Origin: Octopus bimaculoides
Taxonomy: Eukaryota
Length of the DNA: 64,000 bases
NCBI RefSeq assembly: GCF_001194135.2
Contig: NC_068994.1
Coordinates: 36,236,215-36,300,214 of the forward strand
Direction of reading: 5' to 3'
Below, piece after piece: positions 1-12,990 of this stretch. Within the stretch, counting starts at the first letter, position 1. Every line of letters begins with the position of its first letter. The translations under genes were made by a program, and so were the position numbers. The notes under the pieces were generated by a model. The model ran no database searches and had not been told where the DNA came from. It was given only the letters and a program-made list of their open reading frames with translations.

Positions 1-79
<79 letters not shown>

Positions 80-100
80 ATGTGTGTATGTATGTATATC
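1..100. repeat. Compound microsatellite (TA)n(TG)n(TATG)n
   Basis: Direct reading of the sequence. Confidence 0.97.
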
Positions 101-356
101 CACACACATATAAACACAAATTCTAACCTTTTTGCACGAAATAAAGATATTGTTGAAGTATGGCAAAATCTGTATGGTATTCACTGTAGCTCAAGTAAAT
201 GTCTTGCTTTGCAAGCTGCATAATAACGTGTCTGTATTTGCATATACCAGTGGAAGTATTTAATTTGAATTACATCATTAGAAAGAAGCTTGCTTTCTTA
301 AGGGGCGTAACTCTGGCTAAACTAACTTACTTGATTGTATATGTGTGTTTAGTTAA

Positions 357-361
<5 letters not shown>

Positions 362-422
<61 letters not shown>

Positions 423-480
423 TATATATATAAACTCAAACACCTATATAATATACATACGTTATATATATACATAAGTT
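362..480. repeat. (TA)n microsatellite with degenerate flank
   Basis: Direct reading; explains the YIYI ORFs in the track. Confidence 0.95.
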
Positions 481-1826
481 ATATATATGATAATATATAT
501 TATATTATATCATATATTAAATTAGATTACATTAGATTAGATTTGAGTATGTGTAGGCACAAGCACAGTGGTCGAATTAAGAGTTCACTTCTAATAGATA
601 TCACTTTGAATTTTTGAAACTGAGGTGATAATCCTCTTCAAATTATACAAATTGATAGTGAGCACCGTATGACTGTTGTCTCTTTTTTTACATGTTCAGT
701 TTCTTGATGCAATTTTTAAAATATATACGTAAAACCTATTTTGTTACGTGTCACAAATAGCCAATTTCACAGTATTTTTAAGCTTCATTAAATCCAAAAG
801 TTCAAGTCACAGGGACTTGAGTACACTTGTTGTTGGTATAGAGCTAAATAAATCCTGAGATTTTGGAATATGACAACATTTCAATAAAATTTTAATGGAC
901 TATTAAAATGACTATAAATGGTGGTGTCTTGGATCAGGATGCCCACATAAGTTGAATTTTCTCTGTTTTGTTGGGAATTTTTCCAATGAAAAATGAATGA
1001 TGGAAAAAGCCTTTTTGGTAAAAGAAAAAAAAATTTGAAAATATTTTCAAACAAAATATATGTGATTTAAGGGATATTTAGCTGTTATTTCTAGCACATC
1101 CCACATCCACCTAATACCTTTTCTCAGAATTGCATGTGGATCTAGATTAAAAAAACAAACAAAATGTAAAAATTAATTCCTTGCTTTAAGCATTAAAAAC
1201 ATGAATTAAAGGCATTAGCAACATTCGTAACTTACAGCAAATTCATTAGTTTGACCTCTCACTGTGTGCGAATATGTCAGTTTGGCAAGTAGGGTCAGTA
1301 TACCACCCTTTTTACTAACTTTGTGCTTTTTCACCATACAATGGTCTGAATTATCAATGACCATACTGAATTCATGAAAAATTTCTTTTTCTCGTGATAT
1401 AAGCATCTTGAAGAAAATAACTCCTTTTCTAAGTGAAACTTAACAGGGAAGTTTTAACTTTTATATTTCATAATCATTATCTGACCAACACCTATCAATT
1501 TTTAAATCAAAATAATGTGAAAACTTTTTTCTGACAGGATGATTTTTAACGCAACTTGAGTTATAGTGCTTGAGCACATTTAACTAGAATGCAGGCTACC
1601 AAAAAAAAATAAAAGAACAAACATTGTAAATGCGTGGAAATACCAGGGTGTTTGAGGGACCCTGACATGATATATAATTGTCAGATTTTAACTAAATCTA
1701 CATGAGAAGTAATTTCACATCCAGAACTTTCAAATGATACATAATTTTCCCTAGAGAATACTTATTCTGACATGAAAATGATGAAACAAAAAGTGTGTTT
1801 TTGCATGTTGAAACTGTACTTCTCTC

Positions 1827-1982
1827 TGCTGTATGGTGTTCTATCGTGATAGCTACTTCCAAACCACATGGTTTGGGGTTCTGTGCCATCGTGTGGCACC
1901 TCAAGCAAGTGCCATCCCTAGGATGACCAAGCTTGTGAATGGATTTGATACACAAAAATAGAAAGAACACTATTGCTTGTAT
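1827..1982 (+). mobile_element. Degenerate tRNA-derived SINE (5' part)
   Basis: ccaaaccacatggtttggggttctgtgccatcgtgtggcacctcaagcaagtg...gcttgtgaatggatttg matches the reverse complement of the young copy at 8364-8553. Confidence 0.65.
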
Positions 1983-1998
1983 AAAAGAAGTCACATTG

Positions 1999-2656
1999 GG
2001 AGTAAAACATGGGCTTTAACTACAGAGGACTTGTGAAGGCTTGAAAGAAATGAAGCTAACACACTCCACTGGATGGATAATGTCAATGGGCATGCATAAC
2101 AGACTGTAAATGATTTAAGAGGAAAACTGTATAAGAGGCATCAGATTTTGTGTGCAGAAGAGAAGACTACACTGGTTTGGTCATGTGTTGCATATGAATG
2201 AGGACAGCTGCATAAAGAAGTGCTGAGCTCAAATTGTGGAGGGTAACTGTGGAAGGGATAGACCTCAGAAGACGTGGGATGAAGTAGTGAGAAAGGATCT
2301 TCAGATGCTGGGCCTCACTGAGGAAATGACAAGGGAGCAGGAGATGTGGCAATTTGATGTACTTGATAAACACGTCAAGCTAAGTAAAGTCACTGTCTTC
2401 AACACATACAGATTTCAGGTGCCAGTGCCACTTAAAAGCACCTGTACCAATGCTGCATTAATCCACCAGTGCTGATGGCACATAAAAAGCTTCCAGCACA
2501 CTCTGTTAGGTGGTTGGCATTAAGAAGGGCATCCAGCTGTAGAACCATGCCACAACAGACAGCTGGAGTTTGGACAGCTCCCTGCTAGCCAGCTCCATGT
2601 CAAGCTGTCCAATCCATGCCAGCATGGACAGCATATGTTAGACAATGATGATGATG
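1999..2656 (+). mobile_element. 5'-truncated RTE-clade LINE: RT C-terminus, 3' UTR and (GAT)n tail
   Basis: Translates, with stops and a frameshift, to KTWALTTEDL.RLERNE...KRRLHWFGHVLHMNEDSCIKKC...EGNCGRDRPQKTWDEVVRKDL, the RTE 'RRLRWFGHV..GRP.KTW' signature; ends in gatgatgatg. Confidence 0.88.
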
Positions 2657-2759
2657 GCATTAGTGGATGAAGGTGCCAATCAATGTGACTGAACCTGAAG
2701 CCATATGGTTTGGAAGCAAACATCATAAACTACATAGGCATGCTTGTATATACACACAT

Positions 2760-2949
2760 ATATTGTCTGTTGCCACGTAAAAAGCACTCAGTCCACTCTA
2801 TGGGATAGTTGGTGTTGAGAAAGACATTCAGTTGTAAAAGCTGTGCCAAAACAGACACAGAAGTCTGGTGCAGTCTTCTGTCTGGCCAGCTCCTGTCAAA
2901 CCATCCAACCCGTGCCAGCATGGAAGGCAGACATTAAATGGTGATGATA
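2760..2949 (+). mobile_element. RTE 3'-UTR/tail fragment
   Basis: Same tail family (ccatccaacccgtgccagcatggaaggcagacattaaatggtgatgat). Confidence 0.8.
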
Positions 2950-3699
2950 TTTTGCTTAAGCATTGCAAGACCAATAACCTGGTGTTGAACTCAATATGCA
3001 TATGTTTTAGAACAAAATGTTAGATGAGTTTAGAGAAGTAATAAGAAAAAGAGACAGCACACGAAAAACAATAGGTATTTCATGAACTTCATTATCTTAC
3101 AGCTGTTTCTGCTATAAGATGCTATGGCCTTTGTTGAGTGTCTGAATAACAACCTATAGCTTCAGATATGAAGTGCAATTTATTTAGGAAGAAATGATTA
3201 TATTTTCACAATATACAGGGAAGGCATTACCAAGGAGAAAGTTACTTAAGTACTCAACTAAGAGTTCACTGCATCTAATAGCAGAAGCAGTTGTAAGCTA
3301 ATGAAGTTCATAACATAACCATTGTTTTTCTTGCGTCATCTCTTTCACTTCTTCCTAAATATACGTGTGTGTGTGTGTGTAAGTGTGCATGCATATGTTT
3401 GTTCCTCCTTGCCTTGGCATTGCTCAAAGATGGTATACAATTGACTGTGTTACAGACAGAGTAGTTCATGTATAATCTTCCACTGAAACATCTCCAAACT
3501 AGGGAAAAATATTACATTGATTGGAAACAGGACTATGTTTGTGTCAGGAAGGGGATATGTCTGTAGAAAATATATCTCAAAGAATTGTCTAATCCATGCA
3601 GGAAGTGCACACACACATACATCATCATCATTATCACCATCATTTTAACAGCAATGTTTCCATACTTGCATTGGTTGGACAGAATTAGTTGATACACTA

Positions 3700-4400
3700 A
3701 AATCTTATTCTCCTGAACATGCACATAGACATATAGACCAGGAAGGGGAAATAATGAGAAGTAATACAAGCAGTGAGACCAGAAGTGGGTGAAATGGGAA
3801 AGTATATGTATCAATAGTGCACAGTAACCTAGAGCATGTAGATTTACTCAGGTCAGCAAGATAGGATTACAAGAGAGAATGGTTACATCAGAAGGGCTTT
3901 GATAGCAGGCTGGAAGAAAGGAAGGAGCAATAGTATAAGGTAAGTGGAAATAGTATGGAGTAAGATTAACTAGAATAGCAGAGATGGACAAAAGTAAGGT
4001 ATGTGTGATAAGATAAATAGTATGTTGTAATAGAAGTGGCCCCAGAGGAGCAGGTATTAAAAAGCAGATTCTAGACAAGGGCAAATGAGCAAAGTGGATG
4101 AAGAAAATGTACTAGAGAGAAGGAATTATTGAGGCATGAAGATGGCCTAACACACTCTCTCATAAATCGGTTTTCTGATGCAGAATATAAGCCTTGAATG
4201 AAGAGAACTTATGGAAGCAAGAGAGAAATGAGATAAGCATGCTTTATTAGATGTGACATGTTAGTGTGCTTGAATGACAAAGTATTAGTGAGCTGAGTGA
4301 TGACCTGGGTACAAGATAAATCAGATGTAGTATGCAAAAAAGAAAAAGATAGTAGTACTTGTACAAGGGTGTGATGCATATGGAGGATAATAGCTGCATA
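3700..4400 (-). mobile_element. Old CR1/L2-like RT remnant
   Basis: Minus-strand translation includes PAPLGPLLL (resembles GSVLGPLLF of RT domain 4); strong purine/pyrimidine strand bias; heavily decayed. Confidence 0.3.
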
Positions 4401-4512
4401 AGGATGTACTGAGTATACAAAATTAAGGCAATATGCAGTGTTGGAGAAGACCTGATTGCCCATCCAAGCAAGATGAAACATACATTAACATGGAGATGGT
4501 GTACTGCTATGC

Positions 4513-4543
<31 letters not shown>

Positions 4544-5215
4544 TACATACTATATAAATATACACACACATATATACTATATAAATAAGAGTATATGTGT
4601 GTATGTATGTAAGTATGTCATGGAAAGGCTCCAAAATAGTGCATCCTCATGAAAAACGAAGTTGATTTTCAAAATCTGCATCTCAGTGACAAGGTATTAA
4701 GTTATAACTAATCAAAAAATTTAATTTGCTGCAAGAAATAATTCAACTTTTATATCGACAAATCTACCACTCTCTGTGTCCATCAGGCTTTCTTTCTTTT
4801 ATGCTTTTCCCCTCTCTCTACGTATATATTTACCACACTCTTTATCACTTTCTGCATATGTATATCTCTCACATGTAATTGCTTTCATTTTGTTTAAAAT
4901 TTCATCGTAATATTTACTTTCATTTTATGATAGACAGATATCATGTAGAAAATCACTTCTAAATCCTGTTTTCTGACTGGGTAAGAATTATCAAAACTTA
5001 AACCACTGTAACAGTCTTCTAAAATTTTTCTGGAATCACAAAACTGGATTCAGCATGAAAAAGTACATCGATATACCAAGTTAAAAAATTTTCATTTGAT
5101 TTTAAAATTTCAAAATCTGTGACAGCACAGAAAAGATCTCTCTCTTTCATTTACACTTTTCTCTCTCTAAATATATTTACTACACTCTCTCCCACTTTCT
5201 GTATATTGCTCATAC

Positions 5216-5216
<1 letters not shown>

Positions 5217-5259
<43 letters not shown>

Positions 5260-5345
5260 TGTGTGCGTGTGTGTATGTGCATGCGTGCGTGTGTGTGTGT
5301 GTGTGTGTGCATGCGTGTGTGCGAGCGTGCATTATGCATGTGTGT
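5217..5345. repeat. (TG)n/(TGCG)n microsatellite
   Basis: Direct reading. Confidence 0.95.
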
Positions 5346-5622
5346 AAGAAATTTCATAAGGACAACAGAGTCAAAAACCCTTCACAAATCATCAGCAGTG
5401 AGCTAAGAAAAATCTTTACATCTATGCAGCAAATGGAAAAACAAAAGGTTAGTTTATTGACACACTATATATTGCCCCAAATAATGCAGAAATCTGTCCT
5501 GATCAAAAGACCTAACCATCAGCGAAGACATGGTATGATATGGAACGGAAAAAAAACTGAATCAATGGCATTCAGTTGTGAAAATTACTTGGAAACGACA
5601 GGATACCCAGCTAGTGTATGTA

Positions 5623-6154
5623 TTAGGTTGTCCGGAAAGTTGTGAGCATTTTTTTTTTTTTATATGCAAAAGGTGATATACTTCATGAACTGTACTTTTA
5701 GAAACTTCCACCTCCTTCACAAGTTCTGTATTCGTGATATTTGAGTTTTCCCCAAATTTTGCCTTCAAAATATCTTTATTAAATTTTGAAGGTCTTCCAC
5801 TGTGACTGTCATCTTTCAAGCTAAACTCTCCAGCTTTAAATTTTGCAAACCACCTTCAAATAGTTGATTCACCTTCAGCTTCATCAACATAAACTTCACA
5901 AATGTTTTTGCATGTCTTTGCAGCATTTCCTCCTTTTTTAAAAAAGAAAAGCATTACACTGCAAATATGAAATTTTTGGTTATCCATTTCAAATGTCAAT
6001 AAAGGGTAACCAGAATGAAAGATAAATTTACTTTTAGTCAGGAACAAAGAAGTGATGCACTACCTCTTCAAGCAATGCCAAAGTTTTAACTGTGTTAAAA
6101 TGAAGTGTTAAAAGATTTAACTTTAAATTGCTCAGAAATTTCCAGACAACCTAA
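5623..6154 (-). mobile_element. Internally deleted mariner element (N-terminal HTH only) with both TIRs and TA TSD
   Basis: TA|TTAGGTTGTCCGGAAAGTTGTGAGCA ... TGCTCAGAAATTTCCAGACAACCTAA|TA; minus strand MDNQKFHICSVMLFFFKKGGNAAKTCKNICEVY...RWFAKFKAGEFSLKDDSHSGRPSKFN is a mariner transposase N-terminus. Confidence 0.92.
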
Positions 6155-6302
6155 TATATNNNNNNNNNNNNNNNNNNNNNNNNNNNNNNNNNNNNNNNNN
6201 NNNNNNNNNNNNNNNNNNNNNNNNNNNNNNNNNNNNNNNNNNNNNNNNNNNNNNNNNNNNNNNNNNNNNNNNNNNNNNNNNNNNTATATATATATATATA
6301 TG

Positions 6303-6660
6303 CATATCATCATCATTTAACATCTGTTGTCCATACTGACATGAGTTGGACGGTCTGACTGGGTTGGCATGCTGGAAAGCTGCACTAGGACCCAGTCTGA
6401 TTTGGCATAGTTTTCTACAGTTGGATGCCCTTCCTAACACCCACCACTCCAAGAGTGTAATGGGTGCTTTTACAGGCCACTGGCACGGGTGCCATTTGCA
6501 TGATATTGGTATCTGCCATGACTGAGGTTTTGCTTGGCTTGATGGGTCTTCTTCTTAAACACAATATAATGCCAAAGGCCTTGGTTGTTGCCTCCATGAG
6601 GCCCAACACTCGGAAGGTACTCAGCCACCTCGCCTCTATGAGGCCCAACACTCAAAATTG
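6303..6660 (-). mobile_element. RTE 3' end with (GAT)n tail
   Basis: catcatcatttaacatctgttgtccatactgacatgagttggacgg...tttctacagttggatgcccttcctaac, same family as 25603 and 42820. Confidence 0.85.
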
Positions 6661-7519
6661 TCACTTTCACTTGCTAAGTCACATTCTACTGTAGATATCA
6701 CATATATGATACTCTCTTATCTTTATCATAACTTCTTAGATTGATATTCATTATTCCATGTCAACAATGAAATGACAAAAAAACAGAAAAACATTCGATC
6801 TGTTTGTATCAACCTCCTCTCTATCTCTACTATCCATACTCTCACTATTTGCTCAGTCTTGATTCCTCCAAATCATGTTGCTGGTGTGTGTGTGAGTGTG
6901 ATTTATCTGATATTCCTTGGAGGAATTTTTCCAGGTACATCTGAAGGGTTTGGGCTCTGTAATTTTTTTTTTTTTTTTTTGCACACATTTTCCTTGATTA
7001 GTTTCAAAATAATGTGGAATAAAGCATGTCCAGGTAAATATTTTGTAATACAATATAATATTTTGTATTATATTGTGTTACAATGTACTGTGACTTTGAT
7101 TTTGAGAAATGACAGATGGTATGAGATACTAGCCTGGATGATTTTAAAACTTCATACTAACATTACTGGGAAAACACTAATGGTTTATTTTCTTCACTGT
7201 ACAATTGATGTAGTGTTTATAGCAGTCTGGGATAGAACAGAATCTGGGTGTTGTAATGAAATCCTTGTCATACAAGACAGAGGTAATGGTACTTTGATTC
7301 ATTCCTGATAACTTGTGCACTGGTGTTTTATGTAAAATTATTGTTGTAACACTGCATGATATTCATATATCTCTCAAACTCAAAATATATCTTAAAACTT
7401 TTGTGATATTCTCATAGTGTCAATGATAGAATGAGATGTTAGTTGCAGGTAACATCTTAACAAGTGTTCTATAAACACTGTATAACTGTCAATTAATGGA
7501 ATCATCAGCATGGTATATA

Positions 7520-7729
7520 TGAGGGAGTGCTGAAAAGTTCCTGGCTTTAAAGGTATCATGAAAGGCCTGGTTGGAGGCCAAATCTTCAGAGTTCCTTTAC
7601 AGGGCTTAGAAAAACAGAAGGTTTCAGTGCATGACTCTGAGAAGGGAATATGTTGAATAAAATCATACTTAACTTATCCTCCTATATTTGTTTTACCCAA
7701 AGTCAGGAACTTTTCAACATACCACTTCA
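7520..7729. mobile_element. Mariner-type MITE (~210 bp)
   Basis: TA|TGAGGGAGTGCTGAAAAGTTCCTGGCTTT ... AAAGTCAGGAACTTTTCAACATACCACTTCA|TA inverted termini. Confidence 0.8.
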
Positions 7730-7801
7730 TAATATTACTTTTTTCTAGATATTTGCCCTTTAGGAAGCACAGCTCTATATTTTTGCAATGGTTAATTTGA
7801 A

Positions 7802-8553
7802 TACTCTTTTACTCTTTTACTTGTTTCAGTCATTTTGACTGTGGCCATGGTGGAGCACCGCTTTTAGTCGAGCAAATCGATCCCAGGACTTATTCTTTGT
7901 AAGCCTAGTACTTATTCTATTGGTCTCTTTTGCCGAACCGCTAAGTTACGGGGACGTAAACACACCAGCATCGGTCATCAAGCGATGTTGGGGGGACAAA
8001 TACAGACACACAAACGCACACACATACATATATATATATATATATAATAATATTAGGGACANNNNNNNNNNNNNNNNNNNNNNNNNNNNNNNNNNNNNNN
8101 NNNNNNNNNNNNNNNNNNNNNNNNNNNNNNNNNNNNNNNNNNNNNNNNNNNNNNNNNNNNNNNNNNNNNNNNNNNNNNNNNNNNNNNNNNNNNNNNNNNN
8201 NNNNNNNNNNNNNNNNNNNNNNNNNNNNNNNNNNNNNNNNNNNNNNNNNNNNNNNNNNNNNNNNNNNNNNNNNNNNNNNNNNNNNNNNNNNNNNNNNNNN
8301 NNNNNNNNNNNNNNNNNNNNNNNNNNNNNNNNNNNNNNNNNNNNNNNNNNNNNNNNNNNNNNNTATATACGACGGGCTTCTTTCAGTTTCCGTCCACCAA
8401 ATCCACTCACAAGGCTTTGGTCGGCCTGAAGCTATAGTAGAAGACACTTGCCCAAGGTGCCACGCAGTGGGACTGAACCCAAAACCATGTGGTTGGTAAG
8501 CAAGCTACTTACCGCACAGCCACTCCTATGCCTATAGCCACTCCTACGCCTAT
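7802..8553 (-). mobile_element. Young, near full-length tRNA-derived SINE with internal (TA)n tract (gap inside) and (TAAAAGAG)n tail
   Basis: Minus-strand head GGAGTGGCTGTGCGGTAAG (A box)...GGGTTCAGTCCC (B box); CpG-rich body; tail read on + as tactcttttactcttttac. Confidence 0.85.
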
Positions 8554-9739
8554 GGAAACAATATTTATTTAAATATTAAATTTGTAAAGTGTTAATTTAT
8601 CTGAAAGAACTGATAAATATTTAAAGAAAATCTTTATAAGTTATATTCAGGTTTAACAAATGAAAATTTATCCTGACATCACCAGCACTGCTCAAGGTCT
8701 GAAATCTAAGCTGATAGTGAAAAATCAGTAATCTTTGAGTACTATAGAAACAAGTATTTTCTGTGCAGAAAGTGAAGATAAGACATTTAAAAATTCAACC
8801 CATAATTAAAATTAATCCACACAACACTACTAATCTTCTTGCAAAAATTAGAAAGATATTCATTCACTTTGTAATTAAATTTATCATTAGCATCTTGTCA
8901 TAAATTTGTAATGCATGATGTAGAAATATATAAAATAAAATCTAAAGCAGCTTAAAAAAGAAATATTAATGACTACATTCAATACTCTGCATTTGTAGTT
9001 ACATCCACTTTCTATGCTAGTAAACCATCCAACCCATGCCAGTATGGAAGGCAGATGTTAAATGGTGATGATGATAATGATAATGATATTAAAAGCACAT
9101 TATCATAAAGGTACACACATGTATATGTGTACACATGAATACATGTGAACAACACCATATACAAATACAAGAATACATTCTTTAACTACTACTACTATTA
9201 CCATGACAACAAAAACTATGCAGCAAACATCAAAGAAGATGTAAACTGACAACAAAATAGCGAAGTAAATAGCAACAAAACTAATAGTAATAATTATAAT
9301 CCTTTTTACTCTAGACACAAGGTCTGAAATTAGGAGGAAGGGTTAGTGGATTACATCAACCCCAACGTGCAACTGGCACCTATTTTATCAACCCCAAAGG
9401 AAGAAAGATAGTTAAAAACTAGCCCTTTATCCATAAGAAGCAGAATGTTTCACTGATAGATTCATTATCCCCAACAACTCTTTTACCCAGCTTTGACCCC
9501 ATTAACAAATCATCTGCTGAAAACTATCACTGGTTACAGTGCTATGGACAAACTATTTCCTCTGTTTGGGTGAAGTAAGAATATTTATAAGGGAAAACTA
9601 CTTAAAACATTTTTACTAAGGGAAAATCCAATGAAAAATTATTGATAAATTTAGTCAAAGCATAAAAATTTATAAGGAATTAGACATTAGCATCAGACCT
9701 ACTATAAGAAAGGTGTATTACTTTATACAGAGAGCATTA

Positions 9740-10720
9740 AATTAAGTATAGCACAAAAATCAGAAAAGCACACCAGAGCCACCCATACAAATATCTAGGA
9801 GATAGAACATAAAATGAAGAGGAAAATTAAGAAATTAAGAAAAATTGAATTCAGCACTAGATATAAGGTAGTGGTTGCAAACATGCATGCCATCCCAGTT
9901 ACAAACTATATACTGCAAGTTAATCTAACTGAAGAGATTAGGCAGAAAACCAGGAAACTATTAGCAGTGTTCTGAGAAAAACAGAAAACTACTATAAAAT
10001 AAAAACACTAGGACTAATAGATACTTAGAAGCAAGTAAAGGGAAGCTGGTAGATGCAATAAGAAAACATAAAAACAACCTTAAAACTTTGCTTTGTGGGT
10101 AACAAACTGATAGATAACAAATGGACACTAATTACACTGAAGAAAATTATTTATATAAGGACAATACTAGAGGAAAATAAAAAAAAGGGGATAGTTCCAA
10201 AATATTTTCAAGTAAAAACAAAACAAAAAAAGGGAAATCATTCCATAGTACCAGACCCAACAGAGAGAAAATAAGCGAGAGTGAAATTTAATAATGATTC
10301 AAATGCTCTAGGCTAAAGGTAGAAACAGAAGGTCTGATTTTAACTGCTCAAGACCACTGCCTAGTCACAAACAACTACAAAAATTTAATGAAGGAAATAT
10401 TTGCTAACATAAAGTGTAAATAATGCAGCCACCACATTCTGCTATTGGACAGTATGGTGACACTTTGATTTTAAAACAGATAAAAATATTATAAGCATTA
10501 GCAAAAACTAAACATGACAATAACTTGGTCACAATCATCTAGCACATGCTATTCCAAATTCATAAGATTTATGTAAACCATCTAGATATAATAACCAGGA
10601 ACTAGAACAAAAATATCTGTATATTGTAGACATCTCAATCTTTTCTGACTGAAAAATTGTCAGAAAGTCGGGGTAGGAAAACTGTTAAAATACAAGGAAC
10701 TTGAAAGAAAATAAATATGA
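9740..10720 (+). mobile_element. Decayed R4/Dong-like (RLE) non-LTR retrotransposon
   Basis: PYKYLG (9783), ANMHAIPVTNY, EIRQKTRKLL, then LKVETEGLILTAQDHCLVTNNY...KCK*CS; matches the R4-clade 'ETEGFI.AAQDQ.L.T.NY...CRLC' motif; many stops. Confidence 0.75.
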
Positions 10721-11599
10721 TGTAAGGTATGACAGTTAAAAAGCACTAATACAATTAGAACACAAGATACTAAAAAAAAAAAGAAGTAATTAAAAATCAT
10801 ACAGACCATGTCAGGGCTCATAACAAAATGCATAACCCAAACACTAACTCAGCTATGCACTACCCACATACCATAGAAGACACTTTCAATTCAAGAACAC
10901 AACTCGGACAACTCTCACTGTAATCAATATGTACCTTACACAACAGCTAAAAAATAGAATAACACAACCCTCACAACATATACTCTACTCAATCAATACT
11001 CAGTTAAATAATACAACACACACACTCCTGCATAAATGATACCCAACATTGTAACACTAACAACTCAAACTCTTCACTGCTACAACCAATTTATGCAATA
11101 CAAACCACACACCACATATTCTTCAATAAAGTATCTAACATTAATCTTACAGTAAATATGAAACACAAACAACACCCAAGAAAATAATACAATTTTCACT
11201 GCACATACTCAACACGACAAATAAAATGTTAAAATAACATGAAAACTAACTAATAAAACCCTAGTACATCATCATTACTGCTGCTTTCATCATTTATTCT
11301 CTCATAAAATTGCAAGCACTAAATATGCAATAACCTGGCAGTTAACTTCCATAAACAAAGCCTGCTAACTTTAAGATATGATATAGAACAAGATGGATTT
11401 TTATTTGGCAGTCATTAAGGGTGGTATTACTGGAAGTTTGTGGGTGAGGTTTTTTTGGTCCTTAATTTTCTGGTCGTTGGATTCTTGGTCGATTTCTTGT
11501 CCATTGGTTCAGAGTATCAAGGATGAAATAATCTCCTCCACCATTTTTGGAGCTACCATTGGTGGTGCTCAACAAACAACAATTTCTGTTATCTGTTGT

Positions 11600-11990
11600 T
11601 GTTACAGTCCCTGCTTCTCTCTTCATCTCTGTCTTTTAACCCTAACCACTTTGGTTAGAAAGCCTTCAAATGGTTCTTATCGTCACACATGTAACAACTT
11701 GACTTTCTACTTCGTTATTCCCCAACATCAACCAGGACTGTGAGCAATTGCTCTTTTGCAACCCATGATTAAGTTCTTTTTCTCTTTTTCCTCACTTAGT
11801 TTGATAAAGGTACTGAAGCAAGAATAAACTTACCTTTGTTATACACCTCTGCTAGTCAAATTTTGCTCTGCCAGTCAATTCATATCTAGGACCCATGTAT
11901 TTCAAAGCAACTCCAGCAAGCAAAAGAAGGCTAGAACTCCCTACTTGCAATCCAAACCTTCCTTTATCCATTCCTTCACTTGGCAAACAC
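11600..11990 (-). mobile_element. LINE ORF1/gag-like remnant with a CCHC zinc knuckle
   Basis: Minus strand VLVDVGE*RSRKSSCYMCDDKNHLKAF*P = CX2CX4HX4(C to stop) at 11696-11655. Confidence 0.45.
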
Positions 11991-12599
11991 ACACATGTAT
12001 ACCGTGCATGTGTAAGTTTGTATGTTATTGTTATGTTGTTTCATCATTACTCATGTTACTTAAATGGTTCAGAGTTAAGCTATTTTCAAAAAGTCATTTT
12101 TTTCCTCGTTATGAATTAAATGTATTCTACTGAGAGATTGAATTTGTTTTCTTTTTCCTGCCATCTTGGCCTATAAAAACTTTTTCCAAACATATATAAG
12201 AAATACAATAACACAGCTTTCTGTCTAATGTATCTAAATACAAGGGTTAGACTACCTCATTTTTTTAAATATCAGTTGGAGCATGTTGGTGAATTAACTA
12301 TTGCCAATCAGTGAATAGCTGTCTCACAAGCAGTCAATGATGCTTATGAGTTTGGCAGCAGTCTAATCCTAGATTTGGGACTAATATTTCAATGTGGGTC
12401 AAACTTCAGGTCTGTTGAAAAACAGCAACTAATCAGTGTTGGGGTATTTTATCAACTGAGAAAGAAATCTACTTTTTGTGATGGAAGTTTGACAATGTAA
12501 TATATGTGAAGTTACCATGAGAAATAGTGTATTATTCAAATTGAAGTAAGTCTGACAGCTTTAAGCACATGCTGTTTAACAAGAGTGTTATGCAAGAAT

Positions 12600-12990
12600 A
12601 TTCTCTGGATATGTGTAGTGGTTGTATCTTTGTGAAGTAGTGAAGATATCATAACCCCATTGGAAGACATCTATGATACCTCTATTCTCTGGAGGTGTCT
12701 AGATTGTATGTGGATGACATTTATGTACAAAAGGAGAGGTGTATCATCTGTATTTGTGCATATGTATGTGTTGTAAAAAGTGACAGTAAACAGGTCTTTG
12801 ATGACAAAAGGAAGAATATTGGAGATATGACTGAAGTTCAGTTGTCTCTGAAATCCTTCCAAAACCAGAGTTAATGAAATGCTAGAATGTGGATCAGAGA
12901 TCTCCCTCAATGCATGCTGCAACTAAAGAAGTGACTCAAGGAATCATAATATATGCATATGCAGACACTTAGACCATCTTCATTTGAGCC
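12600..12990 (-). mobile_element. Old CR1/L2-like RT remnant
   Basis: Minus ORF ...ILPFVIKDLF...TNTDDTPLLL...HLQR resembles 'LFL.YINDL..YADDT.L..LQ.DL'; very decayed. Confidence 0.33.

Noticed and set aside
199-617. YIYI/CVCV/THTH ORFs here and throughout the window
   Set aside because: Translations of microsatellites
11393-11743. 116-aa + strand ORF
   Set aside because: No domain similarity; the antisense strand carries a retroelement zinc knuckle
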